Assembly (NCBI GenBank): GCA_964007735.1
Contig: CAXGAI010000009.1
Coordinates: 62,001-126,000 of the forward strand
DNA from: an uncultured Rhodopirellula sp.
GTDB taxonomy: Bacteria > Planctomycetota > Planctomycetia > Pirellulales > Pirellulaceae
Direction: 5' to 3'
DNA: 64,000 nt
Positions 16,918 through 28,400 of the stretch are shown piece after piece. The notes under the pieces were generated by a model. The model was not told the origin of the DNA. It was given only the letters and a program-made list of their open reading frames with translations, and searched no databases. The position numbers and the translations under genes were made by a program. The stretch's first letter is position 1, and each line of letters starts with the position of its first letter.

Positions 16918-18729
16918 ATGAGTGAAGCAACTGTAAAATCATTACCACCCCGTAGCACTGTCGCTGCATCTGATACCTGGGATCTCTCCAGTCTCTATAC
17001 CGATAATGATGGTTGGGAAACAGACTATGCGCTGGCGGAAGAGCGACTGGAAAAGTACAACGCCTTTCAGGGTCGACTGGCGGAAAATGCTGAAACTCTG
17101 GCAGAACTGCTCGCCTTCGATAGCGAAATGGAACGGCTGTTAGAACAACTTGGCTATTACGCTTTCCTTCGCCTCACGGAGGATCAGGCCAACAGCGAAA
17201 GCCAGGCGTTAGAGGCGCGGATGCAAAATCTAGGTGCACGAGCAGCTCAGGCGGCCAGTTGGATCCGACCGGAACTGTTGGCGATAGACTCAGATACCAT
17301 TGATTCTTTTAGGCAAGCGGAGTGCCTTCAGCACTATCAACTTCAGCTCGAACGAGTCCTACGTTACCGCCCTCATACACTTGGTGCAAAAGAAGAAGAA
17401 CTGCTGGCAATGCAAGCCGAAATGGCTCAGTCAGCTTCTAAAACCTTCCGACAACTTCATGATGCCGATCTCAAATTCGGTGAAGTCGAGAATGAGCATG
17501 GTGAATTAGTTGAACTGGGTAATTCGACTTTTAGTCAGTTTCTTATCTCCCCGAATCGGGACGTTCGTAAAACCGCTTTTCACCAGTACTACAGCCAGTT
17601 TGAAGCTCACGAAAATACGCTAGCGGCAACACTGGGCGGGTCAATACAAAAGGACGTCTATTATGCACGAGCCCGTGGTTACGACAATGCCCTCACTGGA
17701 GCCCTTTTTCCAGACAATGTCCCTCAGAGTGTCTATGACAGCTTGATTGAATCAGTACGCAACAACTTCGAGGCGTTATACAGATATTACGAACTGCGAC
17801 GTAAGCTAATGGGTATCGATAAAATCCATCAGTATGACACCTACGTCCCCATCATTAGCGATCTTCAGGTCAACCGAAGCTGGGATGAAGCCACCGATCT
17901 GGTAATTGCCTCCCTACAACCTCTGGGAAGCTCATACTGTGAGGTATTAGAAGCAGGCCTCAGAGGACGCTGGTGCGACCGCTACCCCAATGCCGGAAAG
18001 CAAAGTGGAGCATTCAGTGCCGGCAGTTATGTTGGTGACCCATACATCCTAATGAATTACAAACCCTCCGTGCTCAACGACGTCTTTACTTTGACGCATG
18101 AAGCAGGGCACTCAATGCATTCGTATTACAGTTCAAAACATCAGAGCTTTGAATACTACAACTATACAATCTTTGTCGCCGAAGTTGCCAGTACGTTTAA
18201 CGAACAATTGTTAAGCGACTACATGATGAAACACGCTCAGAACGATCGGGAGCGTGCTTACTTGATCAACCGTGATATCGATGCCATTCGAGGTACGATC
18301 ATTCGCCAGACGATGTTTGCCGAATTCGAAAAGATCACTCATCAGATGGCGGAAAGCGGTCAACCTTTAACCGTTCAATCCTTCCGAGAAGTCTATGGTC
18401 AGTTACTAAAAGATTATTTCGGACCAGATTTTGTTATCGACGACTGTCTGTCGCTTGAATGCTTTAGGATTCCGCATTTCTATCGAGCGTTCTACGTATA
18501 CAAATATGCGACCGGATTATCCGCTGCTATTGCACTCAGTAAGCGAGTCCTGCATGGAGGCCAACAAGAATTGGATGACTATCTGAACTTCCTTCAAGGG
18601 GGTTGCAGTAAGGATCCATTGGATTTGTTACGAGAGGCCGGAGTCGACATGGAAGTGCCTCAACCCGTGAATACTGCTTTACAACAGTTTGCTTCCCTGG
18701 TTGATCAGCTGGAATCTCTGTTGAGCTAA
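16918..18729 (+). CDS. pepF: Oligoendopeptidase F (M3B)
   Basis: WDLSSLY, GKQSGAFS, HEAGHSMHS, AEVAST, HFYRAFYVYKYA. Confidence 0.95.
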   Translation: MSEATVKSLPPRSTVAASDTWDLSSLYTDNDGWETDYALAEERLEKYNAFQGRLAENAETLAELLAFDSEMERLLEQLGYYAFLRLTEDQANSESQALEARMQNLGARAAQAASWIRPELLAIDSDTIDSFRQAECLQHYQLQLERVLRYRPHTLGAKEEELLAMQAEMAQSASKTFRQLHDADLKFGEVENEHGELVELGNSTFSQFLISPNRDVRKTAFHQYYSQFEAHENTLAATLGGSIQKDVYYARARGYDNALTGALFPDNVPQSVYDSLIESVRNNFEALYRYYELRRKLMGIDKIHQYDTYVPIISDLQVNRSWDEATDLVIASLQPLGSSYCEVLEAGLRGRWCDRYPNAGKQSGAFSAGSYVGDPYILMNYKPSVLNDVFTLTHEAGHSMHSYYSSKHQSFEYYNYTIFVAEVASTFNEQLLSDYMMKHAQNDRERAYLINRDIDAIRGTIIRQTMFAEFEKITHQMAESGQPLTVQSFREVYGQLLKDYFGPDFVIDDCLSLECFRIPHFYRAFYVYKYATGLSAAIALSKRVLHGGQQELDDYLNFLQGGCSKDPLDLLREAGVDMEVPQPVNTALQQFASLVDQLESLLS

Positions 18730-18861
18730 TCGTTACATCTTACCACGGGTGATTTCGGGCCTTGTAACTCACCGCTGGCAGCATCAAAATAAAAGACATG
18801 AACCCCAAGTTATGTACAATTCAAATCATCAAACTATTTATATATACCTAAGGAGTAGACC

Positions 18862-19857
18862 ATGGCACGTCCGGTAACACTATTCACCGGCCAATGGGCA
18901 GACCTCCCGGCAGAGACAATATGTCAGAAGACCAAAGAATTTGGTTACGACGGAATTGAACTCGCCTGCTGGGGTGACCACTTTAATGTTGTCGAAGCAT
19001 TGGAAAATGAAAACTACTGTGCTGAGAAGCATGAACAACTGGAACGCAATGGGCTGATTTGTAAAGCCATCAGTGCTCACCTGGCTGGGCAGGCCGTGCT
19101 CGATAACATCGACGAGCGTCATCAGGCGATTCTTCCTGAACATGTTTGGGGTGATGGCAATCCTGTCGGCGTCAATGAACGTGCGATCGAAGAAATGAAA
19201 AATACGGCACGCGCGGCACAGAAATTTGGTGTCGACATTGTGAATGGCTTCACCGGTTCAAGTATTTGGCACCTCTTGTATTCGTTTCCACCTGTTCCGG
19301 AATCCATGATTCAGGACGGCTTCGACCTGTTCGCAGAACGATGGAACCCAATCTTCGATGTCTTCGGAGAGTGTGGCGTGAAATTCGCGCTGGAAGTACA
19401 TCCCACTGAAATCGCTTTCGATATCTACACTGCCGAACGTGCTTTAGAAGCTGTTGACCACCGTGAAGAATTCGGCTTTAACTTCGATCCAAGCCACTTA
19501 ATCTGGCAGGGCGTTGATCCCGTGGAATTCATCCGTTACTTCCCTGACCGCATCTACCACGTACACATCAAAGACGCGATTCGTACTCTTAATGGCCGAA
19601 CAGGTATTAACTGTAGCCATCTGAACTTTGGTGATCCACGTCGTGGTTGGGATTTCCGCAGCCCGGGCCGTGGTGAAGTGAACTTCGAAGAAATCGTTCG
19701 GGCGCTCAATGACATCAACTACACTGGTCCGCTTTCTATCGAATGGGAAGACTGTGGGATGCAGCGTGACCAAGGTGCAACCGAAGCCTGTGCGTTCACC
19801 AAAGCTGTCGACATCTCCCCTTCTGATGTCCAATTTGACGATGCTTTTGACAACTAG
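18862..19857 (+). CDS. Sugar phosphate isomerase/epimerase (xylose isomerase-like TIM barrel)
   Basis: ALEVHP, FNFDPSH, HVHIKD, SIEWED metal ligands. Confidence 0.9.
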   Translation: MARPVTLFTGQWADLPAETICQKTKEFGYDGIELACWGDHFNVVEALENENYCAEKHEQLERNGLICKAISAHLAGQAVLDNIDERHQAILPEHVWGDGNPVGVNERAIEEMKNTARAAQKFGVDIVNGFTGSSIWHLLYSFPPVPESMIQDGFDLFAERWNPIFDVFGECGVKFALEVHPTEIAFDIYTAERALEAVDHREEFGFNFDPSHLIWQGVDPVEFIRYFPDRIYHVHIKDAIRTLNGRTGINCSHLNFGDPRRGWDFRSPGRGEVNFEEIVRALNDINYTGPLSIEWEDCGMQRDQGATEACAFTKAVDISPSDVQFDDAFDN

Positions 19858-19883
19858 ATATCGTCTTCAGCAAACCCTTAAAA

Positions 19884-19916
19884 AGGCAGGTGCTATTTGA
19901 AGCACCTGCCTCTTTT
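19884..19916. terminator. Bidirectional intrinsic terminator
   Basis: AGGCAGGTGCT-atttga-AGCACCTGCCT flanked by A- and T-runs, between convergent genes. Confidence 0.85.
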
Positions 19917-19940
19917 ATTGCTGTAACTCGCTCTCCGTTT

Positions 19941-20720
19941 CTAAAACGGAAACTTCTCATCTATTGGTGAATTCGCGAGTTCCACTAAAAACCCCCCCAG
20001 ACGCTCCACCAAAACATCCATCAATTTCTCACCTTTTTCAGCGGTGGCCGCATGTGGATACCCCGAGCCACTATTGGTTGTTAGTAAATCCCACTGACGA
20101 GTAAGGCCAACCCAACCTTTATTGACTGCTTCAAATCGGGTCGGCTGGGTGGCTCCATCATCCGCATATAACGAGCCGTCTTCATTCTTTGCCACCAAAT
20201 GGTTACGGTAGGCCAGAATCAACGAGGTTTCCATTTCACCGGCATGATCTTCCTTATGTTGAAAAATATCGTGATAAACGTCCTCTAGCATTCGAAACCA
20301 ATTCGTCAAAAACAGATGTGCTTCCGTCTGGCCTGACAATTCTCTTAATAACGGCTTGAATTCATTTCCACCGTGGCTATTAAGAATGACAACTTTGCGA
20401 ATCCCGCTTCGCACCAGCGATTCAACTAAATCTTCAATCACTTTGAACAAAGTCGTGGGATAAAGATTCATCGCCAGTGGGAAATGACGCATGTTAGTTT
20501 CGGTTCCATAGGGAACCGTTGGCAACAATACCACCCTTGCGCCCTGTTTATAAGCAGCTTCGCAAACCCGCGAACCAATATCTTCAGCTTCGTAATGATC
20601 GGTTCCATAAGGAAGATGTAGATTGTGAGGTTCCGTTGCCCCCATCGGCAGCACCGCTACATCATAGGGATTCTCTTTGATGTAACCGTAATTCGCTTCG
20701 GAAAGAATCCAGGGTCGCAT
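19941..20720 (-). CDS. Creatininase family amidohydrolase
   Basis: GATEPHNLHLPYGTD, NSHGGN, DHAGEMETS. Confidence 0.92.
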   Translation of the reverse strand: MRPWILSEANYGYIKENPYDVAVLPMGATEPHNLHLPYGTDHYEAEDIGSRVCEAAYKQGARVVLLPTVPYGTETNMRHFPLAMNLYPTTLFKVIEDLVESLVRSGIRKVVILNSHGGNEFKPLLRELSGQTEAHLFLTNWFRMLEDVYHDIFQHKEDHAGEMETSLILAYRNHLVAKNEDGSLYADDGATQPTRFEAVNKGWVGLTRQWDLLTTNSGSGYPHAATAEKGEKLMDVLVERLGGFLVELANSPIDEKFPF

Positions 20721-20753
20721 AATTAGACCGCCTTATTACTCAGTTAAAAAAAT

Positions 20754-22556
20754 TTAAGGTTGAAGTTTTGCAAGACTGGATTTTACCTTGTCTACCACTT
20801 CCGCGCTCATATTGGTTCCAGTCAACTCAAGAAGCGTTAAATTTATAATCGTCTCCAAGTCAGCTGCAGCCTGATCGGTCACCGCCGTTCCCGTTAGATA
20901 CAGCACGGTTAAAGTTGACTTCCCTGCAAGGGACTTTACTGCCTGATCTGTGACCTTTGTATTGGCAAGATCTAGCAACTCCAGATTAGCCAATTCGGAT
21001 AGCACTTCTACTGAAGCATCGGTAATTTTTGTACCGTCAAGCATCACCTCCCTCAATCCTGATAGCGACCGAAATAACGCAATACTGTTATCGCTAATTG
21101 AACAACCCGTGACATCAAGCCAGGTAAGGTTCTGTTGGCCTCGAAGACTTTTAAGACCGTTGTCAGTTATATCTCCGTGAGCAGCACAAAATACCTGCAG
21201 TCTGGTATTTGGACGAAGGCGACTTAGGTCTTCATCATTGATCACCAAAAATTCACGATACTCTTTATCAAACTGCTGATAAGCGATACGTGATAATTGT
21301 GATAATGAACCAGCGGTATCCGTTTTTGTATAGATCTTCCGAAGTAACTCAAAAAATGCCGGGCGGTACCGGCCATTTTTTCCGTCAAGAAAAAAATGTG
21401 CCAATCCACTACATTGTGAATAGAGAGTCACAATATTGGGGTGGGCACCAAGTTCCTGCCTGCCTAAGGTGGTGAGTTGTTCAAGCGGTTCATATGATTG
21501 ATTCACTAAAGTATTAAAGCGTGCAAACTGCAGACGTTTTGATTCGAATCCTCCAAGCGTTACAAACCTACCGAAATTCTGGAGCGATTCCATATAAGTC
21601 GCCACGCCTTCAATGGCCCAGATATTTTGCTCTTCAGCGACATTTTGAAGAGCTGGCCCCAATTCGTAAAACAACTGGTGAGCTACTTCATGGAGCCATG
21701 GGTTAGAAACTGTCTTGCCGAGGTGCAAGAAGGATGTTTTCGTCGGAGCATAGTAATAACCGGATGAATTTCGATTGCCAATCCTCCTTTGCTGAAAGAA
21801 TTGTTGGTACTCATCTTCCTCAGCAAATAAGACAACTCGGTGTACACGATTGTTGTATAACTGAGCCGTTTCACCCGCTAGCCTCTTCTTTAATGCCGAC
21901 GTATTGCACCAGAATTCAACAAATGCCTGCTGCCATACCGAATACATTGTTTCAAGTTCCCGCGCCAGCTTGACTCCTTGGATGGCGGTGGCGTTGGTGG
22001 TAATCTCGAAATGCGCGGTCTTCACAGTATGATAATCACCGGCAGACCACCCGGTTAACGGGTATGCCTTTTTGGTTCGGACAGCGGTTGGACGCAATTG
22101 CAAAATAGTCGAATCTGAATAACCCAAAATTCTACGTGCCTGAAGATGACGATGATTTTCATGAAGTACTCTATGGAGTAGGCGATATGCATCCGATGCA
22201 TCCTCTAATATCAATGCCTGCTGATAAAGACGCTCAGCCTCTGACTTACGAATATCTGTAAACCTCTCATACCAAAACTTCTGTAGTTGAGGAGCGTTTC
22301 CTAATGGTCGGTGATGATCCACATTAATAAAAGGATAGAATACCTGTTGGTCGCCTCGAGCAGGCACAACCCACTGTCTGGTAATTTTGGCTTGTTCTTT
22401 GAGGCCCAGTTGATCGCACTTCAGCGCCAACAATTCCAATTGCTGGGCGAAGTTAGGATTAATCTCCTGTGCGCACACTTCAACGGCTGTAGCCCTTATC
22501 ATAAGAGCCACAAAAACCGTCGTCAGTAGAGGAGTTGTTCGCCGGAACCTATTCAT
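20754..22556 (-). CDS. Secreted zincin-like (DUF1570-like) + leucine-rich repeat protein
   Basis: Signal peptide, HEVAH...EG metalloprotease motif, C-terminal LxxLxLxGTxITD repeats. Confidence 0.75.
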   Translation of the reverse strand: MNRFRRTTPLLTTVFVALMIRATAVEVCAQEINPNFAQQLELLALKCDQLGLKEQAKITRQWVVPARGDQQVFYPFINVDHHRPLGNAPQLQKFWYERFTDIRKSEAERLYQQALILEDASDAYRLLHRVLHENHRHLQARRILGYSDSTILQLRPTAVRTKKAYPLTGWSAGDYHTVKTAHFEITTNATAIQGVKLARELETMYSVWQQAFVEFWCNTSALKKRLAGETAQLYNNRVHRVVLFAEEDEYQQFFQQRRIGNRNSSGYYYAPTKTSFLHLGKTVSNPWLHEVAHQLFYELGPALQNVAEEQNIWAIEGVATYMESLQNFGRFVTLGGFESKRLQFARFNTLVNQSYEPLEQLTTLGRQELGAHPNIVTLYSQCSGLAHFFLDGKNGRYRPAFFELLRKIYTKTDTAGSLSQLSRIAYQQFDKEYREFLVINDEDLSRLRPNTRLQVFCAAHGDITDNGLKSLRGQQNLTWLDVTGCSISDNSIALFRSLSGLREVMLDGTKITDASVEVLSELANLELLDLANTKVTDQAVKSLAGKSTLTVLYLTGTAVTDQAAADLETIINLTLLELTGTNMSAEVVDKVKSSLAKLQP

Positions 22557-22630
22557 ACCTACATTCTAGCCGACTATCAATAAAACTTCTTCTGCTCAGA
22601 TGGCACCCATCTGTCAAACTGATTTCATAC

Positions 22631-22660
22631 TTGTCTTTCATCCCTGCAAGGCGGTAGAAT
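22631..22660 (+). promoter_or_regulatory. Sigma70-like promoter
   Basis: TTGTCT-N18-TAGAAT about 50 nt upstream of the CDS at 22711. Confidence 0.45.
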
Positions 22661-22710
22661 TCTTCAGCACATCGAAATAACTGAATGTCCGAAATGAAAG
22701 AAACGTCCTG

Positions 22711-23736
22711 GTGAAAACTAGTCTGCTCCTCACACTCCTGTTCAGTATCCTATCTCTACCAAACTCACTGGCAACCACGGTTCAGGCCACTGCCGTCGTG
22801 GACCTGGAACTGGCAATGGATGGCGTTCCCGACTTTGCCATCGTTCGCAAGTGGGTTGAAATGCTACAAAAAGCTGGATTTAAGAATGTTCGTGCCAGAA
22901 GTATTAAAGAGACCGACAAGCCAGAAGTTAAAACAATTGGTAAAGGGGACAGTCAATTGCATATTGTCACCGGGGTCCTTGCTGGCACGAAGGTGTATCT
23001 TCCAAATGCTACCATTAAATACGGTGATCTTGATGCTGCTAAAGCTTGGATTGCCAAACTAAAAGGAGACGGTGCCACCAACCTGACAGCTGAAAAGGGT
23101 GCCTATGGTCTCACGAAAGAACAGATTGTCAAAGTTTATGATGAACTTTCCAAGCCGGTAACATTATCTACTAAAGATCGACCCACCAAAGATGTTATTC
23201 GCAGTATTTCTCAAGTTTGGAAAGTTCGCGTCGGTGTGGAATCGAATGCCCGCAAGTACCTCTTTAGTGATAAACCATTCCCCGGTGAGCTTAAGGGACT
23301 AACCAGTGGATCAGCAATGGCCATGGCTCTGAAGTCTGTTGGGCTTGTCATGTATCCTGAGAAGCCTGTTGGAGGCGAAATTCAGGTGATGATCTCTCAG
23401 CATCAGAAAGATAAAGAATTTTGGCCAACCGGCTGGGATTTAGAAGCCAACGCGGGTAAATCTGCTCCCGACCTGTTTAACGAACTGGATGTTGAAATCA
23501 AAGCGACTGAAATATCCAAAACGCTAGATGCTATCGCCCCCCGACTGAAGACGCCGATAATCATTGACTACGGTGAAATCGAGCGTCGCGGGTTAAGCCT
23601 CGAAAAGCGAGTTAACATACCAGCCGGCAAAACTTTTTATAAAATAATCATCGATCGAGCCTTATCGCAGGGCGGTCTACGCAGCGAACTCCGTACCGAC
23701 GAGGCTGGCAAAGTCTTTCTTTGGATTACGTATTAA
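22711..23736 (+). CDS. Secreted hypothetical protein with two STN-like modules
   Basis: Signal peptide; two repeats of 'L...V.l.....p...vi..i' joined by WPTGW. Confidence 0.6.
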   Translation: MKTSLLLTLLFSILSLPNSLATTVQATAVVDLELAMDGVPDFAIVRKWVEMLQKAGFKNVRARSIKETDKPEVKTIGKGDSQLHIVTGVLAGTKVYLPNATIKYGDLDAAKAWIAKLKGDGATNLTAEKGAYGLTKEQIVKVYDELSKPVTLSTKDRPTKDVIRSISQVWKVRVGVESNARKYLFSDKPFPGELKGLTSGSAMAMALKSVGLVMYPEKPVGGEIQVMISQHQKDKEFWPTGWDLEANAGKSAPDLFNELDVEIKATEISKTLDAIAPRLKTPIIIDYGEIERRGLSLEKRVNIPAGKTFYKIIIDRALSQGGLRSELRTDEAGKVFLWITY

Positions 23737-23744
23737 ACGCGCAT

Positions 23745-23778
23745 AAAAAAAGCACGAAGGTGGCATACTATCGTGCTT
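23745..23778 (-). terminator. Intrinsic terminator after tRNA-His
   Basis: AAGCACGA...TCGTGCTT followed by a T-run on the minus strand. Confidence 0.7.
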
Positions 23779-23801
23779 CAATGCTGTGAATACAGAATAA
23801 G

Positions 23802-23876
23802 GGTGGCTGAGGGGATTCGAACCCCCGACCCCTGGAACCACAATCCAGTGCTCTAACCAACTGAGCTACAGCCACC
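23802..23876 (-). tRNA. tRNA-His(GUG), encoded G-1, CCA not encoded
   Basis: GGTGGCTGTAGCTCAGTTGGTTAGAGCA-CTGGA TTGTGGT TCCAG-GGGTCGGGGGTTCGAATCCCCTCAGCCACC cloverleaf. Confidence 0.97.
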
Positions 23877-23888
23877 ACTGAGAGTTTC

Positions 23889-23917
23889 AATTTAATTCGC
23901 AGGCAGGAAATCGACAA
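23889..23917 (-). promoter_or_regulatory. Sigma70-like promoter of tRNA-His
   Basis: TTGTCG-N17-TAAATT ending 12 nt before the tRNA. Confidence 0.55.
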
Positions 23918-24017
23918 GTATGGAATTAACCAGTTAGATAATTAAACCCCGTCTGGCACCATCCCCTCAAAAACTTAAACATCTACTCCTTGCAACCCGA
24001 CAAACTTTACCGGTTTC

Positions 24018-25415
24018 CTAGCTAATAATGTCGTGATTCACATTCCCAAAGACATCTGTCAGACGGAAGTCACGACCACTATACCGGAATGTTAATTCTT
24101 CGTGATTGATACCAAGTAAATGAAGAATCGTTGCATGTAAATCATGTACATCCATTCGGCCATCCACGGCATCGACACCTAGTTCATCTGTGCCACCATG
24201 AATGTGACCGCCCTTCACACCACCTCCACAGAGCCATGTCGTAAAGCCCGTGTTATGATGATTTCTCCCGGTCTTACCCTGCGCTGTCGGCGTGCGTCCG
24301 AATTCCCCCCCCCAAATAATCAAAGTATCTTCAAGTAGCCCGCGTTGCTTAAGATCCGTAATCAATGCTGCGATCGGCTGGTCGCTCTTTCCTGCATCAC
24401 GTTTGTGGTCCATGATATTTCCGTGGGCATCCCATGGCTGACCCGCTCCGTAATAAATTTGAACCATACGAACCCCGCGTTCCACCAATCGACGAGCAAC
24501 CAGGCAGCCGTTGGCAAATTGCCCTTCTCCATAAGCCTTGAGTGTTTCCTGCGATTCCCGGGTGATATCAAATGCTTCCTGAGCTTCAAACTGCATGCCA
24601 TAAGCAACTTCCAGCGACTGAATACGCGCTTCAAGATTGAGATCCGCTGTCCGCTTTTCTAAGTGACGCTTGTTACTCTGCTGTAACAAATCAAGTAAAC
24701 GACGCTGAGCATCCGGAGTCAAATTCTTATTATTGATATGACCGATTACATTCTTCGGATCAACTTTGGAATTGTTAATATGAGTTCCCTGATAAATCCC
24801 AGGCAGAAAGCTATTACCCCACAACGCCGGCCCAACCACGGGTTTCCCTGGACAGAGAACCAAAAATCCCGGCAAGTTCTGGTTTTCAGTGCCCAGCCCA
24901 TAAGTAACCCATGAGCCTAAACAGGGCCGAATCGGCTGCTGATTCCCGCTATTCATCATGAGCAACCCAGGCTCATGATTTGGTGTCGTGGTGTGCATAC
25001 CGCGAAGAATACATAGTTCGTCGGCGACTTTCCCCAGGTGAGGATATAACTCGCTCATATCAATACCTGCTTCACCGTATTTAGCGAAACTAAATGGAGA
25101 CGGCATATACTTGCCACCACGGCCCGTCTTTCCTTCCTGAGCTTTCAACTCAGGCTTAGGATCAAACGTGTCTACGTGTGACGGGCCACCATTCATGAAT
25201 AAAAAGATGACATGCTTGGCACGAGGAGTATGATGTGCCTGTTTAGGGATGAGGGGGCTCGTCGACTTGACCGCAGCATCAAGCTTTTGCTCTTCAGCCA
25301 GCAACGCAGACAGACCCAACATTCCAAATCCCACCCCGCTCGACTTCAGAATCTGACGGCGCGATACAAGATGACTCTTCAACAGTGGATTATCGACAAT
25401 TTGACGATCGTGCAT
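24018..25415 (-). CDS. DUF1501 domain protein (Tat-exported)
   Basis: SRRQILK twin-arginine motif, FMNGGPSHVDTFDPKP, WDAH, GGEFGRTP, RLTDV.G. Confidence 0.93.
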   Translation of the reverse strand: MHDRQIVDNPLLKSHLVSRRQILKSSGVGFGMLGLSALLAEEQKLDAAVKSTSPLIPKQAHHTPRAKHVIFLFMNGGPSHVDTFDPKPELKAQEGKTGRGGKYMPSPFSFAKYGEAGIDMSELYPHLGKVADELCILRGMHTTTPNHEPGLLMMNSGNQQPIRPCLGSWVTYGLGTENQNLPGFLVLCPGKPVVGPALWGNSFLPGIYQGTHINNSKVDPKNVIGHINNKNLTPDAQRRLLDLLQQSNKRHLEKRTADLNLEARIQSLEVAYGMQFEAQEAFDITRESQETLKAYGEGQFANGCLVARRLVERGVRMVQIYYGAGQPWDAHGNIMDHKRDAGKSDQPIAALITDLKQRGLLEDTLIIWGGEFGRTPTAQGKTGRNHHNTGFTTWLCGGGVKGGHIHGGTDELGVDAVDGRMDVHDLHATILHLLGINHEELTFRYSGRDFRLTDVFGNVNHDIIS

Positions 25416-25474
25416 AGTTCTTCTTCTATTAGTCTTTATCAAAAACAAATCGCAAACTCTTTACGACACTTTCA

Positions 25475-28400
25475 TTAATCTACAAACATAAATTCATTGG
25501 CACTTAAAAGCGCCAATGCATATTGATCCCAGGCATTCTCCATACTGGATTCGGCTCCTACAGCCTCGAGAAATTCTTTTCCTAAAGTAACGTCAGCCTC
25601 TTCCGGTTGTCGGCCATACAACAACTCGAATACCTGTTGTATCTTCTCCTCAACCGTGCCCGCCATTTCACTGCGAACACGAGCACTCAAAGCGCGAGCA
25701 CGGTTCATCATGAAATCACTATTCAGCACAAACAACTGCTGCAACGGTACGGTTGTCACCGGTCGAGCTGCTGCGGTAATATTTGGATCCGGAAAATCGA
25801 ACAATCGAAGTAACTCGTTTAGACGATGACGACTAATAAAACCATACAGTGTCCGGCGTTTGTTGCCGGCGTTATCTAATTCAACGGATGGGCCACCCAT
25901 CTCTGGTTGCAGCTCACCGGACACGGCTAACAAGCCATCTCGCCAGGGCTCGACCTCTAATCGACGGCGATTCATTCGCCACAATAATTTATTATCCGGG
26001 TCTGCTTCAAACTTCTGAGCATTAAATTCGCTACTCTGCTGATAAACAGCAGAGTTCATAACCAGCCGGTGAATATGTTTCATCGACCAATTATTCTTCA
26101 TAAACTCAACCGCCAAATAATCCAGCAATTCTGGATGTGTCGGCCGGTCTCCCAGTGTACCAAAGTTGCTGAGCGTACCAACCAATCCCTTTCCAAAGTG
26201 TCCGGCCCAGATGCGGTTTACCATCACGCGAGCTGTTAAGGGGTTGTCTTCAGACGTAATCGAATTGGCAAATTCGAGGCGGCCACTACCTTGGGGCTCA
26301 TATGGGACCTTCTCTCCCTCCGTGAAGATGGCCAAATTAGCTCGTTTGGCGATAGCACCTTTTTTACCCGGATCGCCCGCCAGATAGATCGGCAAATCCT
26401 GTGCGTTACCTTCAGACAAAGCGTGCGCCTGGAGAATCTGAATCGACTCAGCCTCTTTCTTTAATTGCTCATGATTATCCCTAAGCATCATAATCTGTTG
26501 TTTTGCAGCGCCCTCTAGTCGAGTCTCCACTTCATTGGGCGGCAACGCAAGAAGCCCTTCTTCATAAAGCATCAGTGAAAGCAGTGTGGCATCCTGGCGA
26601 AGAGATTCATTCATAAGATCCTCTTCACTAACCTCCACTTCCGCCAGGGCTTCTTTGGGTAATGGATTCATCTCAAGGCGAACACCTGACCAAACACCAT
26701 GATCGGAACTGATTGTGTTATTATCAGGTTTGCCCGCTCCGGCGGTAACTAATGTGACATACTTCGCTTCCGATGAAATCTCTATATCTATGTCAAAGAA
26801 TTGCCCGTTAGCTTTTATCTCGGGCGGTATGACTCCCGTGAAGTAGTAGGTAAAGTCACTGTAAGTAATCTGCATTTCCTGACCGTTGACATATCCACCA
26901 AGAATCGCGTCCATCACTTTTTTGTCTTTATGAGGTTTCGAAACAATCACGGCAAAATGTGCACTGGCGTTAGAATTCAGCGAATCGTCATTCATTCCGG
27001 CGCGATCCACTTTAAATCGAAATGCCTGATCCTGAGGAAATAATCCTGCTTTACGAATTTCGTCCAGATCAAACGTCACCAAAGCATTGGCGTGCATCCC
27101 AATTCCTTGCTCGTCTCGTTTCCCGCTGGCTCGGTAAGCTTCGCCTTGAGTAGAAATGCCATTTTTGTCCAGCCATGCATCATTAGTTATTTTGCCGTAG
27201 GCATTACCGTCCGCGCCTAAATGAACAAAGTCAAAGTCAATATCCGGCCCAATGTGAATTCTTTCCCCCCATCCAAAAGCAGTCTTCAGAACTCCTAAAT
27301 CTGTCGGCTCAGCAGCCGCCCCGAGAGCATCTGATGCTAGAGCGCCGTTCAGCGGTACCGTCTTTCCGTCATCAAAGAGATTTCCTAAAGGAATCACTCC
27401 CGGACGAACTTTCGCAACATCTTCCTGTTTCACAAATGCAACGTTCTCGCCAAACAACCCAAACAGCTTTTGACGATCGGCCAATTTCGATTCAACCTGT
27501 TGTTGCAAAGCTAGTCCCAACCCGCTTACTTTCTGCAGCAACATTTCATTAGCCGACTGATTCGTATCCTGAGGTAAAGTATCTACCCAGGCATACCAAT
27601 CGGCCAGTTGTGGTCGGGTTCCACGTTGCACTGGCTTTTTAAACTGCAGTATTGCTACCCACCGCTTTAGTAACGTTTCACTAAGCCCGGAATCCTTTAG
27701 GACGGATTCATAGTTTTTCTTAGCAGCATTTTCGACCTTCTGGCGTTCCAAAAACTTAAATCCAGCGACTAGATACTTAGGAATCTCACTTGTCAATGAA
27801 GGGCGTAATTCCCTGCCCACCTCGGCCAATACCCGATTAATCTCAAGCTCTTTGTCCTTCACTTGCTGATCTTTAAAAGCGCGACTTTGAACGACTTCCG
27901 GGGATACCACGGGGCGTTCCTGATAATTCGTACTAGCAAACAGCCCGGCAAGGCCATAATAATCACTTGTCGAAATCGGATCGTATTTATGATCGTGACA
28001 ACGGGCGCAGGAAACGGTCAGCCCGAGTACTCCTCGACTCACCGTATCAATACGATCATCCCACTCATCCGCTGCTGCTTTCGCTTTCTCAACATTTTCA
28101 GCATAGTAAACTGGCCCCAGTGCAAACAAACCTAACGCTGCCAGTCGCTCGTGCTGCTTTTGGTCTTCAATCAAATCACCGGCAACTTGATATTTCACAA
28201 ACGTGTTATAAGGCATGTCATTATTGAATGACTGTACGACCCAATCACGATAAAGATATCCTCGAGGGTACTTACGAGCTTTGAATGTGTGAGCCTGATC
28301 TTCGCCATATCGGGCCACATCCAGCCAATAACGCCCCCAGCGTTCTCCATAATGTTTGGAAGCCAATAGCGTCTCCACTACCTTCGAAAACGCATTGGAA

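Noticed and set aside
14640..19857. fabH region as a secondary-metabolite cluster
   Set aside because: No ACP, PKS or tailoring genes; the neighbours are functionally unrelated
23802..23876. tRNA-His as an integration site
   Set aside because: No integrase and no duplicated tRNA 3' end seen; the native terminator follows directly
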